DNA of 63,538 nt, the filler included, from Sphacelaria rigidula (Eukaryota), in the NCBI GenBank assembly GCA_964200075.2. It is 3 parts of 3 records of this genome, joined end to end, with 100 filler letters (N's around TTAATTAATTAA, not from the genome) between each part and the next. Parts side by side here need not be neighbours in the genome. Positions count along the whole stretch, not along the records: positions 21,217 to 42,327 come from CAXNAA020000464.1; positions 42,428 to 63,538 come from CAXNAA020000465.1; 1 more part is not named here. One strand, 5' to 3'. The notes under the pieces are model-generated. The model had not been told where the DNA came from. It was given only the letters and a program-made list of their open reading frames with translations, and ran no database searches. A program made the position numbers and the translations under genes. This document shows, in pieces, positions 37,101-49,000 of this stretch. Positions within the stretch are counted from its first letter, which is position 1. Each line of letters starts with the position of its first letter.

Positions 37101-39099
37101 GCTATATTCTTGAGCCAAAGCAGCAGCGGCCGCGGTAAGAAAACAAACTCCCGAGAACATTTCTGTGTCGGGATATCGATCTAAATCGAGTGTGGTGCCA
37201 ACGGACACCCGGAAGCAGCTGTGGCGACGGCCATCGCAATGGCGGAGTGCGAGGTCAATATTAATGTCTATGTTGTGCTTGCCTCAAGAGAGTGCGCTAC
37301 GCTCTCTCGAAGCTAAGTGTACACTCCCTCGAAGCTACAGTGGGATCTCATCACCGACTGTTCTGTCGAAACTCCCGCGGACTCCTGTGATAGTCGTACG
37401 CGAATATCATGTAGCTCGGTTAATCGACGTCCTTGATTCGATCCCTCTTCTCGAGCTGGCTGTAATGTTTGTAGTTGAGTGTTCGCGTTGGAGTTGAATT
37501 TTGCCAGATGAACCCTTAGGAGTGTAATGATATCCGCTCGGAATATTACGCCATCACTGTGGCTTGGGCACCCTGTCGTTCAGCATGAGAGGCTTGTGAG
37601 CGCAGCGTGGGCAGTACACGCGTCGAAACGTACACTCGAAATGCGGTATGTTCGACTTCTCCTGATCGCCCAAGCTTTCTTATTCCATGGGCTTCGGGAG
37701 TCGGTTGAGATGTATCGAGGAGGGAGGACGTCGCCGTATTCGGTGTCCGTCTTACCCCAGGAGATTATTATGGGCTCATTCTCTCCACGTTCCCTCTAAA
37801 CTTTTGTCGCGTAGATACTGCAGTCGTTCGACCCTGTACGGTCAGTAGCGTACTTTTGGGAAACGCACACAATGACGCCGTACGACCACCATAACAAAAT
37901 ACCACACCATGCAGTGCACACCAGACACCGTTTACTGCAGTGATACCGCGAAGTCAAGTAAAGTTTATAAGTAAAGTTTACCGCATTATTTTGCCAAATA
38001 CCACTTCCCAGGAGAGGCCTCCTGGAGATCAAGCTACTGGAGCGAAGGTGATAGCCAGGTAGAGACTGGGTTCGCCACCCGTACCCTCCTTTCCTCGGAG
38101 TGAAGTTGATATCTGCTGCTAATATCCGCGCTCATCAATCCTCCCGAGAACAGTGAGCGATATCACGTTTCACAGTACAAATGGTGAGCATGGTAGACCA
38201 CTTTTTCTGCTATTTGAAGAACATGTCTCCCCAAACGGTCTTCGCGGCAACCCCGGGCAGAATTTTGTCTGAGTAATAAAGTACTTCACGGTCTGTGCCA
38301 CCGCGGGAAATACCCGCTGTGCTCTCTGAGAGGATTCAACGTTTCCAAAAAAAGAGTACACCCTTCAATCAACACATCTCTCACTCGCCGGTACATGCCT
38401 CAGAGATTGTTGGGTATCACGGTAGTACTCCTGCACAGCATCGACTCTTGTAAATATTTTGTCGCTACTCACATACTCACGTACTCACGTTTCCAACAAC
38501 GGAAAAATCGGGAACTAACAATTCTGGACACGTAGGCCCCAAGATCGAAAAGTTGAGTTTTGTTTTGGGGGGGGGGGTACACTCAGTCTGCTGCCCCCAA
38601 GATTATAGCTGAGGCGTTGGTGGATGCGGTCAGCTGCCGTGTACACAGATCCTTGGAATGGAGACCGATGAGATGGCGGACACGCCGCCTCCCCAAGCTC
38701 ATCACTTACCATGATAACGTTTATGGGATCATGATCCGCGTCGTGTGCCTCGAGTACCTACCAGTGGTCTCGGCAAGTTTCGCGAGGCGAGAGATAAAGT
38801 TGCTACTTTGGCTGCAGGCTGTCGCTACCGTGCGCTCGTGTGCATACGTGTGTGTGAGCGCGGCTTGCATCCGAGGTCATCCGGACAGAGCGGGCAAGGA
38901 GCAGAAGCAAAAATACGAGCCTCGCAGAGCCAACGAGACTTTTCGGTTTTTGTCAGTGTTTATTGATCAATTTCTTGCAAGTATTCTAATAAAGAACCAA
39001 AAAGAATCGTAACATTTTTCGAAAAATTGCCCTCCGGGAGGGGGGGGGAGGGGGGGGGATTCCGAAAATCTTCTCCCGACAGACCCTTGACTTGCCAGA

Positions 39100-39188
39100 A
39101 AAACAACGCATCTGCTTCAAGGATTTGAACCCTCAACTCTCCGTCCGAACAGACTGGCGATGTACCATTCACTGGCCACCGGGATGCG
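39100..39188 (-). mobile_element. tRNA-derived SINE head
   Basis: Reverse complement GCATCCCGGTGGCCAGTGAATGG ... GAGGGTTCAAATCC (box A and box B). Confidence 0.5.
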
Positions 39189-40078
39189 GCGGCAAACAAT
39201 TATTTTGTCCACTAGCGGCCGAAGCGCGTATACCAAACTATGCGCCCTGCCATGACTGGGAAAATCACCAAGTGTTCGAAACAACATAGCCCGGCACTGT
39301 GCAATGAAGGTGATAGTAGTATGCAGGGAGAATTTGGAAGCATGCACGGTACGACGCATGCTACGATAGGGGGCGGGGGCGGGGGCGGGGGTGTATTTTG
39401 GGCCATTTCTTCCACGGTATTAATTTCGCTTCAAATCGTCTTTGAAAGCAGCAACGGCTGTTCGAACGTGCTTGTTACCGATGAATAACGCTTATTCATA
39501 CTGCTCGACACCGTTATTTTTACCCAAATACAAGCGCGCCGTGAGTGTGTGAAGTGGTCGGACACACCTATGCGCTTTTTTTTCGTGGAATCAACCCCCC
39601 CCCTCCTCACCTCTACCTTATATGTACAAGGTTTTTGTGCGATGTACGGAAGAAACATAATGAGCGCCGGAATCTTGGAGGTGTCTCGATCAGGAGTAGG
39701 AACGGTGCTCCGTCTCGAAAGAGATGCGTGGTCAATAGTCAAACGACTAAGGCAAGCAACAAATGAGTACGCCCCCCCTCAGGCCTAGCATTGAGACGAC
39801 AGCTTGCGCCGTATCGGGACACGACCGTTTTTGTTGACCGACGCATGGCAACGTCCTGGTGCTCGTGCTGATATAATTGTAACGTGCGGCAATACGTGGC
39901 AACAGCGTTCCTGCGTATGTATAGGCATCGCCTCTCCGACTGGAAATATGTTTTGAACTCCCACAAAAAGACCATCAAACTGGCGGCTACCTGACGACTG
40001 GGTGCTGGAACGGTCAGCGTCTCCCCTACTGTGGCAGCAATGTTGCCCACGAAATCGCCTTACAACACGGGATCTTAC

Positions 40079-40893
40079 AAATTGGGGATGGATTTTTTAT
40101 TGGGGATGAAAACCCGGAGAATTACAGCCTTCGTATCCACACCAAATCTCCGAAGTATGCTCACACGCGGCCTTTCGGTTACCCCCGAAAATACTCTGTT
40201 CCGGTCAACTTTTCGAGCCTCCAGAGGAATTAAACGCCTCAAGAGGGTGCGCGGCCCTCCAGAGGAGTGAGATCGAACGTCGCCAGAGGCTCGTTTTGCC
40301 TCTGGAGGACCGCGCACCCTCTGGAGGAACTTGCAGGATGCGCAGCCCTCCAGAGCACCATATTTTTTTGTTACTCTCGAGGGATTCAGACCTCAGAAGT
40401 CACTGGAGCATCAGATGTCCTCCAGAGGATTCGTTTACGACGGAACTGATAATGAAATACACTCCAGAGCGTATTTTCACCCTCCTGAGGGTCACTTTAC
40501 CCTCGAGAGGATGAAAATCGCGAAAGAGGATGTTTATGGATGGGTGTAACCGAATGGCAGCGTGTCCTTCCATTTCTTCACTTGCTGGTAGCTATTGACA
40601 ACTACAACACGCCATACAAATTTGGATTTCGGTGTCCGAAATATCGGGGTCCCAGGAGAAAACAATTTAAAATTTCGGCGTCCGATCGGACACCTAAAAT
40701 CCCCCAAAAATGGTTCCTCACCCAGGACTCGGACATGTCGGTTATTGAAATCCAAATTTGTACTTCGTGTAGTAGTTGTCAATAGCTACCAGCAAGTGAA
40801 GAAACGGAAGCATACTTCGAAGAGTTGGTGTAGATATAAAGATTTTACTTAACTCCGGGTTTTAATCCCCAATAAAAGATCCACCCCCAATTT
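40079..40893. mobile_element. Long-TIR MITE interrupted by a nested element
   Basis: AAATTGGGGATGGATTTTTTATTGGGGATGAAAACCCGGAG ... CTCCGGGTTTTAATCCCCAATAAAAGATCCACCCCAATTT inverted ends. Same family as 21943-22347. Confidence 0.78.
40162..40566. mobile_element. Nested CAC-terminus (CMC/CACTA-like) MITE
   Basis: CACACGCGGCCTTTCGGTTACCCC ... GGGTGTAACCGAATGGCAGCGTGT. Probable 2-bp CT duplication. CCTC(C/T)(A/G)GAGG internal repeats. Confidence 0.65.
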
Positions 40894-42327
40894 ACCGCGG
40901 GCCACGACACTTTACACTGGACCGAAAACGCCTCACTTCCTCCAAAAAAAATGCAAGATCTACGCAGCCACCCGGCGGCTGCTGTATTTATACCGCCAAT
41001 ACAGAGTACAATCCACCCATAGCTGCTGCGGTCACCGCCACTATAGACTACAATGAGGGTGGCAGGCGGACCACTGACCACTCTGTGTGCCACATACGGA
41101 GTGTCTTTTAAGAGTACAGGAGCATTTAGATCTGGCTTTTTCGGGTACATGGCACACCACCAGCAGGTCACCTCCTCCGACATGATACGTTGTCGTTGCG
41201 CAAGACACTATCGTACCGCATCTCTCGCGGTGCTCAACATGTCTGGTAGCAGTGCTATCTGTGAACATCGTCACAGCAGTGTCTGGCTTATAGAAGAAGA
41301 GGCTCCAGAGTTTCATCCGTGCATGGCGAGTGACCCGCTTGCGTCGCCGCAAGGCTTCCTGCTGTCACACCCTTCTGGTGAGTACGTTCGGCGCTACACT
41401 GCAGGGGTACAGTAGCGGCAAAGTGTATCGCTTCTTGCGCGCGGATACAGTGTGAGCTGCCCGCTGCGGCTGTTATTTTAATTCCTCGAAAATTCACATG
41501 CAAAGGGAGTCATCCGCATGTGGGAACCGCACCATCTCGCACTTTGTAGCCAAAGAGCCAAGGACGGGTTACAGCCCACGAGGATCATGACCAGCGGCCA
41601 TTCCGCAGACAGAACTTAAAAATTGTTTTTAAGCAATCACATTGGCCTAAATGCTCAGGTCCGCGGTCATAGGTTATTCTAAGCGGTTCCGTCCTGCCAC
41701 GAGCACGTACCTAGTAAAACCTACACCGACCGCTCATGGTAAGGGAAAGTTACGCGGGGCGTCACTGCAGATCAAAGTCTTCGACCAAATATCCCCAGGG
41801 AGAGATCAGTTCATCCCTGGAGGCACGTACTCGTCCCGAGGAAGGCGGTGGTTAAAAGTGAGAATATGAACAGCCGATCATCGAAATGGAGGACGGACCT
41901 TTTCATTGAGGATACTGTAGAGATTTTCATTCAGGATGAGAACCCGCAGAATTAAAATCTTCGTATCCACACCAAATCTTCGAAATATGGTCCCATCCCT
42001 TCACCTACTCGTAGCTATTGACGATCGCGGTGAGGTTGAAGCTATGAATTTGGAATTCGCCATTTCCGTGTATACGAAGTATAATATGTATGGACAACGA
42101 AATAATTTCGAACTTTTGACTGGTTCCGTTGTATCAATGCACTGGATGGAATTAATATATATATATATATATTCTTAAAGTACTACAACGGCTGCGAAAT
42201 CTGAGACTAAAGTTTTTAGTTGGTTTCTCGAGGGTGTGAAGAAATATGATGCTACAGTAGTCAGCGTCAGAAGTATGCAGAATCCGTAATTTCTTAGTTT
42301 CTCAAAGATTGTCCAATTTTTTTTTAC

Positions 42328-42427
42328 NNNNNNNNNNNNNNNNNNNNNNNNNNNNNNNNNNNNNNNNNNNNTTAATTAATTAANNNNNNNNNNNNNNNNN
42401 NNNNNNNNNNNNNNNNNNNNNNNNNNN
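42328..42427. other. Artificial contig/scaffold linker
   Basis: N44-TTAATTAATTAA-N44. Confidence 0.97.
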
Positions 42428-43011
42428 GGGCGGAGAAGAGAGTGCAGGGGGTGGGGCGGGGGTGGCGGCGGGGGTGGGGGGGGGGGGGGGGGGGCGGACT
42501 ACCAATGCAGCTCATCGACGGTTCGTGGGAAAATGGCTGAGTACGCCATGTGTCGGGCCGTGTGTAAAAGATTATGCAACAAGCGCGAGGATAGGGCGCA
42601 TAAAATACGCTCTGGACGGCAGAATGTAGGAGAGGCGCTTTTTTCCCAACGCAAGGAGCCGTCATTTCAAAACGTGTAGACTGAATTCATCTTCCATTGT
42701 CATATGATGATATCATGATCAAATAAAGACCAACTCGAGAGTGCGTGGCGTTGCCTCATGCCGTGATTTGTCACCGTCGGTGTAGTGTCCCTGCAACGCT
42801 CAACTTCGCGATACGCCGCACATATGATGACTCTGTCCTGTCGTCGTGTTGACGTGTCTACACAAGGAGATGCGATAGGGAAACGATCAACACCCTGCAC
42901 GGCGCTGTACCAAGCTGTGGGCAACAATGGCAACAGCACCAACAAGACGTGAGGCACTGCTTCACATGTCGTGTCTTGCACTTGCCCTGCGAAGGCTCTC
43001 AAAGAACTCAC

Positions 43012-46000
43012 TTTTTCTTCTGGCAGCCATTGCAGTTTGTCCTTACCCTCCTTGCCCTCACCAGCATTCTGTGTGCCAATCATGACGGTTAAGGGGAGGT
43101 GGCGGGAGGGCCCCAGGGGTTACACACAAAGAAACACGCCAAAGAGGATGGAACATTCCATAGGCACACACAATATCGGGGGTACATAGACCATGTACTG
43201 CTGTAATTGAACGACAACAGGTACGTACATAGGCACAGTGCTGGCTTCACCCAGTCTGGACATTTCCGCAGACTACGAGTACTCGTCATCTTCCGAAGGC
43301 TCGAAGATAGGTCAAGGGTGAAAGCCATGCATATTTTACGCAATGCATTCCTCACTCTGGGGGTTTCGGGTTTCGGGCAAAACGGAGTAAGAGGTTCTTC
43401 AGTGCATGTCTCCTCGGCGGATTTGGTCCAAACCACGGCTTTTGGACCAAATCGGAAAGTTGAATGATGCGATAGTTCACGATGACCATCAGAATCGCTT
43501 CGGTCTAGCGAAAACATCAAACAGTCAAGAAGTGTGGGTGTACAATCGTATGACCCCCCATCATCAAAAGTCATCATCAAAAGTCATCACGAAAAGGATT
43601 AATTTTTTGGGGCTTCATGCCGGTCCAAAAAGTTTCACCGCGTCAGATTTTGGAAACTTCGGAACGTGGAAGATCACGCTCGCTTACAAATTGTGTGTCC
43701 AAATATTGTTCACCACTACGGGTGTGTCTTAGCATATCATTTTTCGATCGAGTATGTACAGTGGAAGAGGAAAACTCTGATCTGAACGGTCGTGATTTCA
43801 ACTATCGTAGTTTATTTTCATCATGGTTGAAATCACGACTCACCAGATCAGACGAAACATGTGTCTTCCAGTGCACTATCCCTTCCAAAAATGATGGGCG
43901 CCGAGACACGGCCGAATAAGCGCATATTGTCAAAGCTTCAAAAACGAACTGAGTCGTCAGTGCGACTACGACCGCGTGCACGTACCTCAGGCACGGCGGG
44001 CATAGTAGGCCTGACGAGGCACCAAACTCCTTGACTCTCCTCTCCAGCGTCGTCCAACACCACGCCGCGGACCCTCAACTCCACGCAAAAGTTCTTGGGA
44101 ACCACTGCGGGCGCCTTGAGGGCAGCGAGATCTGCGTCCTTGCTCTGCCTGTCCCTCTGTAGTTTTTTCACCATGCTACGGAGACGTTCCACCTGCGGAG
44201 ACGGGTTGAGGGCAGAGATTTGCAACATTTGAAACAAGAAGGGGATAAAAGGGAGTATGAACAAGAGACTCTTGACTCGTAGTTGCCCAAGTCAGGAGCA
44301 ATCTCATCAGCCAATGTTGGCAAGTCTTCACTGTTATCACATCAGGGGGGGTACGTGCTTCTACTCCGACTAAAACCTTCGAGCCCCCTCCCTCCCCATT
44401 GCCTCATGCCCCTCTTGACTCTTCCGCATGCCGGCTGCGCGGGCGATCCGGCACCCAGCAAAGGAGAGCATACAACCTTCTAGCGTAGCGCTCACCTTGC
44501 CCTCCATCTCCTCTTTGGTTTTCTTTGCGGCAGCTGTCACCTCTTCCTTTTCTTTGACGACGTTAGACAGGGCCTTCTCCCGGTCTTTCAGGGCAGTCTC
44601 CACATCGGCCAGCGTTGATCTCAACGTCTCCACCTGCCAGGTAGGTAAATTGATTCGGCGAGGCGGGGAGCACGAAATCGATTCAAGGGCGAAGTAATGC
44701 AGATACAAGTAGCCCGAATATGAAAAATTGCACAACTTCCGATTGTCATACCGATGACGATATGATGAGATAATGACATTGTAGAGCCAGCATCCATGGT
44801 GACAGACGAGCAACAAGATCAACCACCAACGGGGGTGCGAAGCGGTACTGGGGCAACTCATCTTGTATTTGATAATCGGAGATTGTGTGGCACAACTCAA
44901 CCTCATCCGCATGGTCCGCAGTTGTTATCAAATAGCGAACGGATGTACACGCATACAACTCCGCAAAAAAATGTTTGCAAAAAGCGCGGCGGAAGAGGGG
45001 AACGAAAGCAACGATCCAGGTGGGTGCGAGCAAGTCGCGCGGGGTGAATGAGACGTTCCACTTTGCGCCCGTTGAATGGACAAGACATGGAATCAGGGAG
45101 CTGCACAAGTTCATCTCATCGCGCCATCTATTCTCCTACCCTATCACACCTCGCTTTGTCAATCAATGGAGCCACAAACACTGCGTGCAGCATCATTATC
45201 ATATCGGTTTTGTTCTTGTGTGGGGCCACAGAGAGCAGTGCAATCAACATGGTGAACTACATCATCTTCCGTCCTGCAGCCCAATGAGGGCTTGTGTTGT
45301 ACTGTACCTCGGTCTGCAGCTGGCCGGCGGACTCCTCGAGAGATGCCGCAGCCTCTGCTTGGACATTAAGGGAGGTAACCTGCTTTTCTGATGCCTTTAG
45401 TTGCTGCAATTACGGATTCGCAAGGGCCAGGAATACACACACAGAAAGAGAGAGAGAGAGAGATGGGCTTACGCTTCAAATGGCGGCAGGGAGGCACGCG
45501 ACTTTTATGAAAGAGTAAACCAAACGGAACAAAATGACAGGCTTGCGACAACGCCTCCGAGAAAAGTGCGGCCATGAATGCTGTCTTCCCCTTGTCCAGG
45601 AACCAACAAACGGAAAAAACATCCCACCGTTTAATCCCATAACGTTACATCATAATGGGTTGATACCATCCTTCAACAGTCATCAATATTAAACTGTCAA
45701 CTTAGCGCGCAGCGCGGCGGCGCTGCAAGAGTTACACATCAGCGTTTTGCGGCCAGCTTTTTCGTACTACACGTCGACACTCTTGCATTAGCACTGGTGA
45801 TATCCACAAGGGTGATCGTCTGATTTTCACTAGTAAAAACTCTGGTGTTCGTCATTTTCCAATGACGAGCCACTTGACACGGTATTCGTAACGCCAGCTT
45901 CATCCAGCAGAGAGTCACATCATCACCGCCCGCAAAGTCTAATGTAGTTGAGCTACCTCACCGCTTGCAACGCCTTGTACTTGGGAACCAATTCCTTTAG

Positions 46001-49000
46001 CCTGCCCCTGCTCGTCTCTCGCTCCCGCTGGGCACTCTCCACCTTGGCCACGGCTGCGTCCCGCTCCTACCCCCAGCGGACGCGGGCAACCGAGAAACGA
46101 CGGCACACGCGAGATTATAACCAAATCATGACGAACGTTGCCATCCCCTTCGGGTCCAGATTTTTCTTCAAAAAATACCGCCGGCTAACTTTTCATGCCG
46201 GCACATCTCCAACGCTACAGCTGAACGCTCGCTGGTATATCTCCTGTCTATTTGCGGACACCAAATTGAATGACCATATACCCTGTGTTCCGTGCTTCTC
46301 ACGAGCTGAGCCAGCTTAGAGGGGAACTTGTAGTTGCAGGCCCATTCGTCGGCCATTGTTTAGAGTTGGAGCCTAAACTTTGGTACGGACAATGAATAGG
46401 GCAGGATAAAAAAAAAAGTAGTGCACCTGAAGATTTTTTTCATGAGTCAAGGGCATTTTTCTGATACCTGAACACTGATGATCAGTGATGATTGCCCCCA
46501 ACTCACGACAAAAATATCTTCGCGTGCAGTCGTAAATGTTTTATGCCCTGTTGAATGTCCAAACCAAATTTTGGGCTCCAACTTTGAATATTGACCGGCG
46601 AATGGACCTTTTAGTAACCGGGTCGGTCGAAATTCGGGACAGTATTCTGCACGCCACCTACCGGCCCACGCTAGGGCACAATGAACCAAAAAAAGTGGGA
46701 TCAGGTTTTAGTGTGGTGGCGACCATTCCTTCACAATATCACCCGAACCTCTCCCAAAAAAAGGAAAAATGAAGGCTTGCTTCTTCCCTTGTATTCAGCA
46801 TACCTTTGCAGTCCTCCATACTAGGGCTACTTGTCATGTATCGAAAAATTAAACTTGCCGAAACGTGTAGTTTTGGCCCTTCTCCATCGTTTTCCCTCCG
46901 GAAAGTGTGCTAGGCGGATGTTGACACCTTGTGATGACTTGCTCTGCTCGCCGAGACGGTTCCAGAGCACCTTTGCGTTCCTGGTAGGTCACAATTTCGG
47001 TTTTGGCCAAAACCAAAATTGTGACCTACGGGAAACGCAAAGATGCTCTGGAACTGTCTCGGCGAGTAGAGCAACTAATTCCAAGGTGTCAGCATCCGCC
47101 TAGCTCGCCTCTCGGGGGAAACACGACAGAAAAGGGCCAAAAATGCACTTTTCGCCACGTTAGATTTCTCGATACATGAGAAGACGCCTGAGTTGCAAAT
47201 CACAGTTCTATATATTGGGCTAAAAGATTGAGATGAGGCCCAAGAGCGATGTTCATTTCTTCTCAAAATTGTTCTAAAAATACGAAAAAAACAACTGTTT
47301 TTATACCTTTCATTATGCACTAGCGCTTCTTCATACGAAATTTCAGAGCACGACTCTCAAAAACTGAGACATGACATGCAGATTTAATGCATCTAGTGTC
47401 TCTGCTCGTAATATACTCATACTTCCTCTGTCCAACAAGATAAACCCGTTTGGAGGTTTTGCCCCCATTTTTCATGCGTATTTTCGGCTTTTCCCGAGCG
47501 TTTCTTGTTTTGTTTCCGTCAAGTTTTGGAGCAGAACTACAAACCGAGGCTTTTGCCGAGCCCCCAATAGATAGGCAGCTACACTCACGGTGACCAGAGT
47601 ACGTCGGTCGTGCACAACCGGAATCTACCGGTTGACTGCCTCCCCATCGATTTTCAAGATTTTTTTTTCATGGCCCCCGAGGCGTTTCGGAGAAACACCC
47701 GAAACTGTCACTTTTCAGTCTGCTACCACCTATGGATTATTTGAGCACGCAGCAGTCCGTACATACCCGATTGGGGGATATACGCGCCCATCCCAGGGAC
47801 AATATCATGTTGTCTCCGGGTCTGGATTATCTTGTTTTCACACTACCGTGGGTATGAGTATAGAAAAAAAGGTTTCTGTAGCCCCTTATCGCACATTGAG
47901 CCGAAGTTTCGCCGAAACTCTGGCTCTCCTTCGGAAAATCTCACTACATGAGCCCGCTTCGTGATTTTTCACGCCGGGGATGAGAACATGTGATCCCCTG
48001 TTGTTCTTTACATGATGGCAACTATGTAAGACATGTTGGAGGTCCGTTTGTCGAAAACTGTATTGGATACATTATAGCAATATTTCACCATGGGCTTATC
48101 CAGTGAGATTTTCCAAACGGGCTGATCTTGTGGGACAGAGGAACTATTGATTTTAGTATGGAACACCATATGCACCGGATCTCGAGATACATGACGAATT
48201 GGGTGAAGGTGAGGGTACCGATCGTCTCCCCGTGCTCCAGGGAATGACCATACCAAAAATTGTCGTCATCCGCTGCATGTGTTGATCGAGGTTCCAAATA
48301 TATTCGAGTACGGACGCTGTCTCCGTAGTGTAGGAATCATTCAACGTGGGGTTTGATCAACGAGTAAGGCCCAGACTTTTGGGTAGATGGGCACGTTCCC
48401 CTTGAGACGATTAATACGGTATAATCATGTCCCAACTCGTCTGTGTCGACGAGATATTGCTTCGAGAGCTTGAACCCGTTTCTACACTGGCCTAGCTCGT
48501 AACACCTGACTGGCATGTGCTGTTCGAACAACGTCGTTGCTCGCATACTTTTAGCGGTCGATCTGTAACCATATCGGGTTCCATATTCCACCGCAAGCAC
48601 GGGTCGATATCCCTACCTGGTTCGCAGTATCGAGTTGGTTGTACAAGGCCTTCGTGGTTTCCTCCTGCTCTTTCAAGGCTTCCACGCTGGCAGCATTCCT
48701 CTGCTCAAGCGCGCTTCGCACGGCCGTAAGCTGAGATTCTATTTCAGTGTTCGCCGCCCTAAGTTTTTCCGCGTCCCCTACGAGGACAGACATCTGGGCG
48801 TCCCTGATTTCGTCATGAGACATGGATTGGAGCATGCCAGATAACACGAAAAAAGAGGGTGGGAACGAATTAGCGGCCTAAAAAACATGCAACTTTTGAG
48901 TGAAAACGAGACATCAGAAAGGTTGAAGAAATAGACGGGCACCAGAAAAGGAAAGGGCCAAGATGAGAACGTGGAGGAAGCATGAAGCACGAATTTTGTT

